A stretch of 64,000 bases of DNA from Oscillospiraceae bacterium. Lineage in GTDB: Bacteria; Bacillota; Clostridia; Oscillospirales; SIG627. The stretch lies in the NCBI GenBank assembly GCA_015065085.1, contig SVQW01000001.1:104258-168257 (forward strand), read 5' to 3'. This document shows, piece after piece, positions 56,954 to 64,000 of the stretch. The translations under genes were made by a program, and so were the position numbers. The notes under the pieces were generated by a model. The model did no database searches, was not told where the DNA came from, and worked only from the letters and a program-made list of their open reading frames with translations. The stretch's first letter is position 1; each line of letters starts with the position of its first letter.

Positions 56954-57316
56954 TTATTCAGCGTCTTCGTCGGAATCTTCGGGAATTTCCGCGTTTTCTT
57001 CAGTTTCTTCCTGAATAGAGTAGCTTACTTCGTCGTCGTCGAATTCTTCAAATCCGTCATAAGACGAGCAATCACAGCAATTTTCGTTATCGCAGTCGTA
57101 GCAGGCATCCATTGCGTCCATGTGGCGCTTGTTTTCTGCTTCGAGATATTCCATATAAAGAATCCACAGACCTGCAAGACCGCCTATCAGACCTACCGTA
57201 AGAAAGGTACCCGCAAGCTGTTTCTTGTTCTTGTTCATGAAGGACAGGAAAAGTACAAACATGGTTACGGATTGAACAACAAGTGAAATGCCGACAATCA
57301 TTCTGGGTTTACGCAT
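56954..57316 (-). CDS. Small membrane protein with a Cys-rich, highly acidic C-tail
   Basis: Two TM helices, then ACYDCDNENCCDCSSYDGFEEFDDDE...EDSDEDAE. RBS AAAGGAG upstream. Confidence 0.5.
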   Translation of the reverse strand: MRKPRMIVGISLVVQSVTMFVLFLSFMNKNKKQLAGTFLTVGLIGGLAGLWILYMEYLEAENKRHMDAMDACYDCDNENCCDCSSYDGFEEFDDDEVSYSIQEETEENAEIPEDSDEDAE

Positions 57317-57362
57317 AACAATTCTCCTTTATATATAAATTATTTTTTGTTTATTATCTGAA

Positions 57363-58472
57363 TTATGCCTGCGCTTTATACTTAAGAAAGGCATTCATAA
57401 ATTCATCCAATTCTCCGTCCATGACAGCAGAAATATCGCCTGTTTCATAGCCGGTGCGGTTGTCTTTTGCGAGAGTGTAGGGCATAAATACGTAAGAACG
57501 TATCTGTGAACCCCACTCAATATTGTTCTTAATTCCTTTGATATCCTCAATTTTTTCAAGGTGCTCACGTTCTTTGATTTCGAGAAGCTTGCTCTTAAGC
57601 ATTTTAAGTGCGACTTCACGGTTCTGAACCTGGCTTCGCTCGTTTTGGCATCCGACAACAATTCCGGTTGGAATATGTGTAATACGTATAGCAGAGTCGG
57701 TTTTGTTTACGTGCTGTCCGCCGGCACCGCTGGCACGATGGGCTTCCACTTTTATTTCTTCTTCTTTGATTTCGATTTTTATTTCATCATTGAACTCGGG
57801 CGCCACCTCTACCGAAGCGAATGAGGTATGTCGTCTTCCCGAAGAGTCGAATGGGGAGACACGGACAAGTCTGTGTACACCGTTTTCGCTCTTTGCATAT
57901 CCGTAAGCGTATAATCCTTCAACAAGGAAAGTAACACTCTTTATGCCGGCTTCGTCGCCGTCCAGATAGTCAAGTACCTTGACCTTGAAGCCTCTTTTTT
58001 CGGCCCAGCGGGAATACATTCTGTAAAGCATCTGCGCCCAGTCCTGAGCTTCTGTTCCGCCGGCACCGGGGTGTATGGCGATGATGGCATTGTTTCGGTC
58101 ATATTCACCCGAGAGGAGTATGCGTGTTTTTTGCTCGTCATAGCCTTTTTCTATTCTGCGTATATCATTGAGGATATCTTCCGCAAGTGCTTCGTCATCC
58201 TCTTCACAGGCAAGCGCCAACATTTCGCAGGTGTCGTTAAATAAAAGCTTGAGCTGCTTGAAGCTTTCCAGTCTGTCCTTTTCGGCTTTCAATTCAACCA
58301 GAGTCTTTTGAGATGCCTGTGGGTCATCCCAAAAGCCTTCGGACTGCACTTTTGCTTCCAGAGAGTCCACTTTTTCGGTCAGTGCGTTTATGTCCAGCGA
58401 AATCTCAAGCTCGTCTATTTTTGTTTTAAGTTCATCGAGTGTCTGCTTGGATTGTTCAAGAATAAGTATCAA
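57363..58472 (-). CDS. prfB: Peptide chain release factor 2, encoded in a single uninterrupted frame
   Basis: SPF tripeptide context (VRVSPFDS) and the GGQ motif (SGAGGQHVNKTDSAIR). TTG start after GGAG. There is no in-frame TGA at the usual frameshift position (codons ...TCG CTG GAC ATA...). Confidence 0.95.
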   Translation of the reverse strand: MILILEQSKQTLDELKTKIDELEISLDINALTEKVDSLEAKVQSEGFWDDPQASQKTLVELKAEKDRLESFKQLKLLFNDTCEMLALACEEDDEALAEDILNDIRRIEKGYDEQKTRILLSGEYDRNNAIIAIHPGAGGTEAQDWAQMLYRMYSRWAEKRGFKVKVLDYLDGDEAGIKSVTFLVEGLYAYGYAKSENGVHRLVRVSPFDSSGRRHTSFASVEVAPEFNDEIKIEIKEEEIKVEAHRASGAGGQHVNKTDSAIRITHIPTGIVVGCQNERSQVQNREVALKMLKSKLLEIKEREHLEKIEDIKGIKNNIEWGSQIRSYVFMPYTLAKDNRTGYETGDISAVMDGELDEFMNAFLKYKAQA

Positions 58473-58672
58473 TGAGGTGCTCCTTACAATTAAAAATTTC
58501 CTTATACATATTATATACTATTTTTTCAAGAATGTAAAGACAAATTTATATAATTTTTCAAAAAATTTCTTTTATGTTTCTTTAGACGCTTAATTGTGCA
58601 TCTGAATTCTGTGAAAAACGGATGATTTGTAAATATTATCTAAAAAAAAGATGTATTTTTAGATAAGTGTAC

Positions 58673-58719
58673 AAACTATATTTAGTTATCAAAAAGCTAT
58701 TGACAACTAGATGTAGTAT
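58673..58719. promoter_or_regulatory. Tandem candidate NrdR boxes
   Basis: The cores CTATATTTAG (58676-58685) and CTAGATGTAG (58707-58716) fit the CwAtATaTwG core of the NrdR box as I recall it. They are 31 bp apart centre to centre. The second lies between the -35 and -10 elements. Confidence 0.55.
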
Positions 58720-58729
58720 GTGATATAAT
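58700..58729 (+). promoter_or_regulatory. nrdD promoter
   Basis: TTGACA (58700-58705), an 18-nt spacer, then TGaTATAAT (58721-58729). Confidence 0.6.
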
Positions 58730-58768
58730 ATTTTTACTTTCAAAAATGTTATCGGAGGATTTATATAA

Positions 58769-61054
58769 ATGATACAGCAAATTAAAAAAAGAAACGGCGA
58801 TGTTGTTGATTTCGACCCGTTAAAAATCAGAGCCGCCATAAGTAAAGCCAATAAAGCAGGCGGGGAAAACGAAATTTCCGACGAGACCCTTGACTGTATA
58901 ACCAGACAGGTGGTTTCTGATATACCTAAGGACAGCGTTCCCACTGTGGAAGAAATACAAGATATAGTAGAGTCTACTCTTATTTCTTCGGGTTACGCGA
59001 AAACCGCAAAGGCGTATATTCTCTACCGTGCCGAGCACACCAAAATACGTCAGACCGAAAGTGACCTGATGGATATATTTAAGGAGCTTACCTTTTCCAG
59101 CGCAGCCGATGCGGATATCAAGCGTGAAAACGCCAATATTGATGCCGACACCGCTATGGGTACCATGCTCAAGTACGGCTCTGAGGGTGCTAAGTATTTT
59201 GTTGATAATTACATTCTTCCCAAGGATGTTGCCTCGGCTCATATGAACGGTGATATACATATCCACGACAAGGATTTTTATATGCTCACCGAAACCTGTT
59301 GCCAGATAAACCTTCTTGAGCTTTTTAAAAACGGATTTTCCACGGGACATGGATATCTGCGTGAGCCCAACGGAATAGGAAGCTATTCCGCACTGGCTTG
59401 TATAGCTATCCAGGCAAACCAGAACGAAATGCACGGCGGTCAGGGTATTCCCAATTTTGACTACTGCATGGCTCCCGGCGTTGCCAAGACATTCCGTAAA
59501 GAATACTTTAAATCTCTTGTAAAGTATATGTCTTTTAACCTTGGAAAAACAGCCGAGGAAGCACTCAAGATAATTGACAAAATCAAGCCTCAGATAAGTG
59601 AGTCGGTCGGAATCGGAAAGAAAGATGAAACACTTTCCGCACTCAATGCGGCGTTCTCCGGCTCATCGCTCAAACCCGCCGAAATTAAGGAAATGCATGA
59701 AAAAGCATTTGAAATGGCGTATTCCGATACCGAAAATCAGACATATCAGGCAATGGAGGCCTTCATTCATAACCTCAACACCATGAATTCCCGCGCAGGT
59801 GCACAGGTTCCTTTCAGCTCGGTGAACTACGGAACCGATACCTCTCCCGAGGCGAGAATGGTAATCAAGAATCTGCTTCTTGCCACCGATGAGGGCTTGG
59901 GAAATGGCGAAACTCCTATTTTCCCCGTACAGATTTTCAAGGTTAAGGAAGGCATCAACTACAACGAGGGCGATGTAAACTATGACCTCTACAAGCTGGC
60001 AATAAAGACATCTGCAAAGCGTCTTTTCCCCAACTTCAGCTTTATGGATGCTCCCTTTAATATGGAATACTATAAAGAGGGCGACTATAACACCGAGGTT
60101 GCGTACATGGGTTGCCGTACACGTGTAATGGGCAACGTTCATGACCCTGACAGACAGGTTACCTGCGGACGAGGAAACCTCAGCTTTACCTCTATAAACC
60201 TTCCCAGAATCGCTATCGAATCCAAGGGCGATCTTGCAAAATTCTATACTATACTTGATAAGCGTATAGACCTGGTTATCCGTCAGCTTATTAACCGTCT
60301 GCAGATTCAGTCCTCCAAAACTGTCAGAAACTATCCGTTCCTTATGGGACAGGGCGTGTGGATTGATTCAGAAAAGCTCGGCCCGGATGACAGTGTTGCA
60401 GAGGTACTTAAGCACGGTACTCTCAGCATGGGCTTTATAGGACTTGCCGAAACACTTAAGGTTCTCACCGGCTCTCATCACGGCGAAAGCGAAGCCTCCC
60501 AGAAGCTGGGTCTTGAGATAATCGGCTATATGAGACGCCGAATGGATAACGAATCCAAGAATCGCGGACTTAACTTTTCACTTCTTGCAACCCCCGCAGA
60601 GGGCCTCAGCGGACGATTTGTACGTATTGATAAAAAGCGATTCGGTATAATTCCCGGCGTTACCGACCGCGAATATTATACAAACTCTTTCCATATTCCC
60701 GTATATTTCCCTATCACTGCTTTCAAAAAAATCCAGCTTGAAGCACCTTACCATGCACTTACCAATGCCGGACACATCAGCTATGTTGAATTGGATGGTG
60801 ACACCTGCAAAAACCCCGAAGCTTTCGAATCGGTTATCCGCTGCATGAAGGAAAGCGGAATCGGCTACGGCTCGGTTAACCACCCTGTTGACCGCGACCC
60901 TGTTTGCGGCTACACCGGTGTTATTGATGATGTCTGCCCCCGTTGCGGAAGACGCGAAGGCGAGGAACTTACCCCTGCAAAATACAAAGAACTCAGAAAA
61001 CTTTATCCCAATATGCCTAATTTGGCAGGACAATACATACAAGGAGAAGAATAA
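58769..61054 (+). CDS. nrdD: Anaerobic ribonucleoside-triphosphate reductase large protein, lacking the glycyl-radical C-terminus
   Basis: N-terminal ATP-cone (IKKRNGDVVDFDPLKI) and a class III core. The C-terminal Cys cluster is PVCGYTGVIDDVCPRCG. The ORF stops at TAA 61052-61054, before any RxxGY glycyl-radical motif. Confidence 0.9.
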   Translation: MIQQIKKRNGDVVDFDPLKIRAAISKANKAGGENEISDETLDCITRQVVSDIPKDSVPTVEEIQDIVESTLISSGYAKTAKAYILYRAEHTKIRQTESDLMDIFKELTFSSAADADIKRENANIDADTAMGTMLKYGSEGAKYFVDNYILPKDVASAHMNGDIHIHDKDFYMLTETCCQINLLELFKNGFSTGHGYLREPNGIGSYSALACIAIQANQNEMHGGQGIPNFDYCMAPGVAKTFRKEYFKSLVKYMSFNLGKTAEEALKIIDKIKPQISESVGIGKKDETLSALNAAFSGSSLKPAEIKEMHEKAFEMAYSDTENQTYQAMEAFIHNLNTMNSRAGAQVPFSSVNYGTDTSPEARMVIKNLLLATDEGLGNGETPIFPVQIFKVKEGINYNEGDVNYDLYKLAIKTSAKRLFPNFSFMDAPFNMEYYKEGDYNTEVAYMGCRTRVMGNVHDPDRQVTCGRGNLSFTSINLPRIAIESKGDLAKFYTILDKRIDLVIRQLINRLQIQSSKTVRNYPFLMGQGVWIDSEKLGPDDSVAEVLKHGTLSMGFIGLAETLKVLTGSHHGESEASQKLGLEIIGYMRRRMDNESKNRGLNFSLLATPAEGLSGRFVRIDKKRFGIIPGVTDREYYTNSFHIPVYFPITAFKKIQLEAPYHALTNAGHISYVELDGDTCKNPEAFESVIRCMKESGIGYGSVNHPVDRDPVCGYTGVIDDVCPRCGRREGEELTPAKYKELRKLYPNMPNLAGQYIQGEE

Positions 61055-61055
61055 T

Positions 61056-61211
61056 ATGAATACAACAGAAAAGAATGCACTCGGAAAAGGAATAAAATTC
61101 GAAAGAATCCGCCGTATCACAGGCTATCTTGTTGGTACAACAGACCGTTTTAATGATGCGAAACGCGCAGAAGAGCGTGACCGTGTCCGTCATAGTCTGA
61201 GCACAAAATAA
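61056..61211 (+). CDS. Stand-alone 51-aa glycyl-radical domain of class III RNR
   Basis: MNTTEKNALGKGIKFERIRRITGYLVGTTDRFNDAKRAEERDRVRHSLSTK carries the RITGYL glycyl-radical loop. The ATG is 1 nt after the nrdD stop, and AAGGAG lies 9 nt upstream. Confidence 0.7.
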   Translation: MNTTEKNALGKGIKFERIRRITGYLVGTTDRFNDAKRAEERDRVRHSLSTK

Positions 61212-61214
61212 GCC

Positions 61215-61718
61215 ATGTCGGAACTTATGCTTTGCGGTATCGAATCGGAAAGTATAGTGGACGGCCCGGGCTTCAGATACGTTATATTCACTCAGGGCTG
61301 TCCACACAATTGTAAAGGTTGTCACAATCCGCAAACCCACCCTTTTGAGGGTGGGTTTAAAGCGGATATAGACCTGATACTTTCCGCTTTTGACGAAAAT
61401 CCGCTTCTTTGCGGTATAACCTTTTCGGGTGGTGAACCGTTTTGTCAGGCGTCGGAACTTTTGCCGCTGGCGCGTGCGGTAAGGGCTAAAAATAAAGGCG
61501 TTATGTCTTACAGTGGTTATACACTGGAGGAACTTTTAAAACTTTCGGAAGAGAATCCCGATATAATGGAACTTTTGAAGCTGTGCGACTTGCTTGTCGA
61601 CGGAAGATATGTTGAAGAACAACGCGACCTCACTTTGCGCTTCCGCGGCAGCCGCAATCAACGTGTTATTAACATGGGAGAATATTTTAAAACAGGAGAA
61701 ATAAAACTGTATGAGTAG
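61215..61718 (+). CDS. nrdG: Anaerobic ribonucleotide reductase activating radical-SAM protein
   Basis: ESIVDGPGFRYVIFTQGCPHNCKGCHNPQTH (CxxxCxxC cluster), and GITFSGGEP. Confidence 0.9.
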   Translation: MSELMLCGIESESIVDGPGFRYVIFTQGCPHNCKGCHNPQTHPFEGGFKADIDLILSAFDENPLLCGITFSGGEPFCQASELLPLARAVRAKNKGVMSYSGYTLEELLKLSEENPDIMELLKLCDLLVDGRYVEEQRDLTLRFRGSRNQRVINMGEYFKTGEIKLYE

Positions 61719-62757
61719 ATATGAAGTATCGGAAAATGTTGAATTTTCCCCCGATCTCAGCCATGAAAATATATTGCTGAACAGAAAAAAGCTTTTGTCA
61801 TTTGACCCCAATGCGGATTATCAGGTATGGAAAAATGCTGTCCGCGAGCGTCTTGATGATTTGCTCGGAGATATGCCTGAGAAGGTAGACCTCAAGGTGG
61901 AAGTGGAATGGGAAAAGGAAGAAGAAACATTTATTGAGCGTCGCTTTACTTTTTATTCTGAGTACCGCACACTGGTTCCTTGCCATCTGCTTATCCCCAA
62001 GACAGGCAAAGGCAAGTATCCTATGGTAATTTGTTTGCAGGGACACTCCAGTGGTATGCATATTTCGCTTGGCAGACCTAAATATGAAGGAGACGCGGCG
62101 CTTGTTGCCGACGGAGACAGAGATTTTGCGCCTCAGATAGTAAAAGAGGGCTATGCGGCTCTTGTTGTAGAACAGCGCGGCTTCGGTGAACGCCGTACAC
62201 CTAAGCATCATGGTGATAATAACACTACATGTGCCCATCCGTCCATGGTTGCACTGCTTTTGGGCAGAACTATGGCAAGAGAGCGCGGATGGGATATTTC
62301 CCGTGCTATCGATGCGGTAGGGGAGACCTTCAAGGATATCGACATGGATAAAATTGCTCTTATGGGCAACTCCGGCGGCGGAACGGCAACATATTATACT
62401 GCTTGTTTTGAACCGCGTATAAAGGTCGTAATGCCATCATGTGCGGTCTGCTCGTTTGATACATCTATAGGCACACTTCGCCACTGTGACTGTAATTACA
62501 TTCCCAGAATGGCAAAATACTTTGATATGGGTGAAATAGCATGCCTTATTGCACCACGTCCGCTCATTGTTGTCGCCGGTGCGAAGGACCACGGCTTCTT
62601 GTATCCCGGGGTAGAGAAGGTATACGATGTGATAAAGCAGATATACGAAAAAGAAGGAGCCCCCGAAAATTGTCAGCTTATCACCGGAGATGCAGGACAC
62701 CGTTTCTATGCTGATATTTCATGGCCTGTGTTCAGAAAATATTTTGTAGGCGAGTAA
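61711..62757 (+). CDS. Alpha/beta hydrolase (acetyl-xylan-esterase/dienelactone-hydrolase-like)
   Basis: Nucleophile elbow GNSGGG and a C-terminal GDAGHRF histidine block. It overlaps the nrdG stop by 8 nt. Confidence 0.7.
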   Translation: MSRYEVSENVEFSPDLSHENILLNRKKLLSFDPNADYQVWKNAVRERLDDLLGDMPEKVDLKVEVEWEKEEETFIERRFTFYSEYRTLVPCHLLIPKTGKGKYPMVICLQGHSSGMHISLGRPKYEGDAALVADGDRDFAPQIVKEGYAALVVEQRGFGERRTPKHHGDNNTTCAHPSMVALLLGRTMARERGWDISRAIDAVGETFKDIDMDKIALMGNSGGGTATYYTACFEPRIKVVMPSCAVCSFDTSIGTLRHCDCNYIPRMAKYFDMGEIACLIAPRPLIVVAGAKDHGFLYPGVEKVYDVIKQIYEKEGAPENCQLITGDAGHRFYADISWPVFRKYFVGE

Positions 62758-62781
62758 TACGCTTTTTCAATATTATAAAAC

Positions 62782-62814
62782 AAAGTCACCGAGCAATCGG
62801 TGACTTTATTTGTT
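62782..62814 (+). terminator. Terminator after the hydrolase gene
   Basis: AAAGTCACCGA-gcaa-TCGGTGACTTT followed by ATTTGTT. Confidence 0.75.
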
Positions 62815-62883
62815 ACTTATTACTTGTCAGTGGAGTTGATTACAGTGATTTTTATATCTCCCGTATCTGTGTATATCCTTTAT

Positions 62884-62919
62884 AAAAACAGACTTGCCAA
62901 ATGACAAGTCTGTTTTTTC
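62884..62919. terminator. Bidirectional hairpin terminator next to the tRNA 3' end
   Basis: AAAAACAGACTTG...CAAGTCTGTTTTTT. Confidence 0.7.
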
Positions 62920-62921
62920 AG

Positions 62922-62993
62922 CACCCCCAACAGGAATCGAACCTGTAACTAACCCTTAGGAGGGGTTTATTATATCCATTTAACTATGGAGGC
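62922..62993 (-). tRNA. tRNA-Arg (anticodon CCT)
   Basis: I folded it by hand on the minus strand. Acceptor GCCUCCA/UGGGGGU. D-arm GUUA-AAUGGAUA-UAAU. Anticodon arm AACCC-CUCCUAA-GGGUU. T-arm ACAGG-UUCGAUU-CCUGU. Discriminator G. No CCA is encoded. Confidence 0.85.
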
Positions 62994-63016
62994 GTGTGGC
63001 GGTTTGCACCGCCATT

Positions 63017-63045
63017 ATTTTAATATATTTTTGACATGTTGTCAA
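63017..63045 (-). promoter_or_regulatory. Candidate promoter of the tRNA-Arg gene
   Basis: Minus strand: TTGACA (63045-63040), a 17-nt spacer, then TAAAAT (63022-63017). A GGCGGT/ACCGCC hairpin follows, immediately before the tRNA 5' end. Confidence 0.45.
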
Positions 63046-63054
63046 TAGAAAAAA

Positions 63055-63669
63055 TCAAAAATTAAAAAATTCTCTTTCCTTCGAAAGTCGTGAAAAGTTG
63101 CCGTGACCGGGATAAATCCTGTAATCACCTTCCAGCGAAAACAGCTTTTTCAGCGAATTACTGAGTATCTTTTCGCTACCGCCGTGTAAATCGGTGCGAC
63201 CTACATCGCCGGCAAAAAGAGTATCACCTGTAAACATACTTTCTTCTGCAACAAAGGTACAAGAGCCTTTTGTGTGCCCGGGAGTGTGAATGACTTTAAA
63301 ACTCATGTTACCGCAGTTGATTGTATCACCGTCATTCAGAAAAATATCCGCGTTTCCGCATGTAAAATTGCTTCCTGCAAACTGCATTGCGTAGCTTAAC
63401 ATGGGGTCGACAAGCATTTCATTGTCGTAAGCATGAATTGCGATTTTGGCACCTGTCTTTTCCTTCAGCACTTTACATGCCATAATGTGGTCAAAATGCC
63501 CGTGAGTAAGCAGAATATATTCAAGTGTCAGATTTCTTTCGGCAATTTTGCGGTAAATTCCTTCACCATCACAGCCCGGGTCAATAACAACACATTTTGA
63601 GGTCTCGGGGTCAACACATATGAAAGCGTTTGTACGGACCGATCCCAGAATAAAAGTCAGTATCTTCAT
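63055..63669 (-). CDS. MBL-fold metallo-hydrolase (glyoxalase II-like)
   Basis: LLTHGHFDHIMA, HTPGHTKGS and TGDTLFAGDVGRTDL. Confidence 0.85.
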   Translation of the reverse strand: MKILTFILGSVRTNAFICVDPETSKCVVIDPGCDGEGIYRKIAERNLTLEYILLTHGHFDHIMACKVLKEKTGAKIAIHAYDNEMLVDPMLSYAMQFAGSNFTCGNADIFLNDGDTINCGNMSFKVIHTPGHTKGSCTFVAEESMFTGDTLFAGDVGRTDLHGGSEKILSNSLKKLFSLEGDYRIYPGHGNFSRLSKEREFFNF

Positions 63670-64000
63670 TTTGTCATTTTTGCGCGTATCTTTGCACGCT
63701 GTTCGTTGTTGAGGATTTTTTTGCGAAGTCTGAGCGAGGTGGGAGTTACCTCCAGAAGTTCGTCATCTGCGATGAATTCAAGGCATTTTTCCAGCGACAT
63801 TTGACGTGGAGGAACCAATCTGAGAGCTTCGTCGGCGCCTGTTGAACGTATGGCGGTAAGATGCTTCTTTTTGCACGGGTTGACAACCAGATCGCTGCTT
63901 TCGCTGTTTTCACCGATTATCATTCCCTCATATACATCCACTGAAACACCTATGAACATAGTTCCTCTGTCTTGCGCATTGAACAGACCGTAGGAAGTGG
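63666..64000 (-). CDS. typA: Translational GTPase TypA/BipA, C-terminal part (the gene continues beyond the window)
   Basis: ...NPCKKKHLTAIRSTGADEALRLVPPRQMSLEKCLEFIADDELLEVTPTSLRLRKKIL matches the conserved BipA C-terminus. The reading frame stays open to position 64000. Confidence 0.85.
   Translation of the reverse strand, partial: TSYGLFNAQDRGTMFIGVSVDVYEGMIIGENSESSDLVVNPCKKKHLTAIRSTGADEALRLVPPRQMSLEKCLEFIADDELLEVTPTSLRLRKKILNNEQRAKIRAKMTK

Noticed and set aside
58380-58472. A possible programmed +1 frameshift site in prfB.
   Set aside because: I read the codons directly (TTG ATA CTT ... ATT TCG CTG GAC ATA AAC). There is no in-frame TGA and no CTT-TGA-C motif, so the gene is a single frame. 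RF2 genes without the frameshift are known and ordinary.
58638-58664. The inverted repeat ATCTAAAAA...TTTTTAGAT upstream of the NrdR boxes.
   Set aside because: The arms are made almost entirely of A and T in an AT-rich region, so this is likely fortuitous.
60888-61055. The 5' part of the 107-aa ORF 60888..61211, which overlaps nrdD.
   Set aside because: This part is out of frame with nrdD and has no motif. Only the segment from ATG 61056, which has its own RBS, carries the glycyl-radical domain.
1-64000. A search for CRISPR arrays, IS elements, integrases, phage genes or toxin-antitoxin pairs. This included the region next to tRNA-Arg at 62922-62993.
   Set aside because: I found no regularly spaced direct repeats and no transposase, recombinase or phage-like ORFs. 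The tRNA is flanked by a hydrolase gene and an MBL-fold gene, with no att-like duplication that I could see.

Overview
This 64 kb window looks like chromosome from a sporulating, SLH/S-layer-bearing member of the Clostridia. The evidence is spoIIGA-sigE, the L21-Prp-L27 cluster, DUF1540 and SLH-domain proteins. Coding density is high. I saw no transposase, integrase, phage genes or CRISPR array.

Housekeeping blocks:
- rpmH-rnpA-yidD-yidC-jag
- RNase J
- rplU-prp-rpmA
- rpe
- prfB
- nrdD/nrdG
- hslO, lplA, metA and a phosphofructokinase
- one tRNA-Arg(CCT)
- the 3' end of typA

Accessory content:
- An AraC-linked operon: oxidoreductase, sulfatase-like enzyme, TIM-barrel isomerase.
- Two tandem 406-aa paralogues next to a beta-helix protein.
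- A DegT aminotransferase, oxidoreductase and ceramidase-like trio.
- A YtrA-type GntR/ABC operon that ends in a protein consisting only of sigma-70 region 4.
- A MacAB-like exporter coupled to a 906-aa SLH repeat protein.

Most interesting loci:
1. A tightly packed minus-strand operon (18.4-21.0 kb) encodes an SLH protein, an HprK-like P-loop protein, a PqqD/RRE-type protein and a cytoplasmic Ser-His S24/S26 peptidase. No precursor peptide or core RiPP enzyme is visible. Directly downstream are two ABC exporters with N-terminal zinc-ribbon modules, a DUF1854 protein and an orphan DUF2344 protein.
2. A class III ribonucleotide reductase whose glycyl-radical domain is encoded as a separate 51-codon ORF.
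3. An orphan CARF plus PD-(D/E)xK (Card1/Can2-like) protein with no CRISPR or cyclase nearby. It is followed by a 235-bp intergenic segment bracketed by two identical 31-nt hairpins.

All family assignments come from reading motifs in the translated ORFs. No database search was run.
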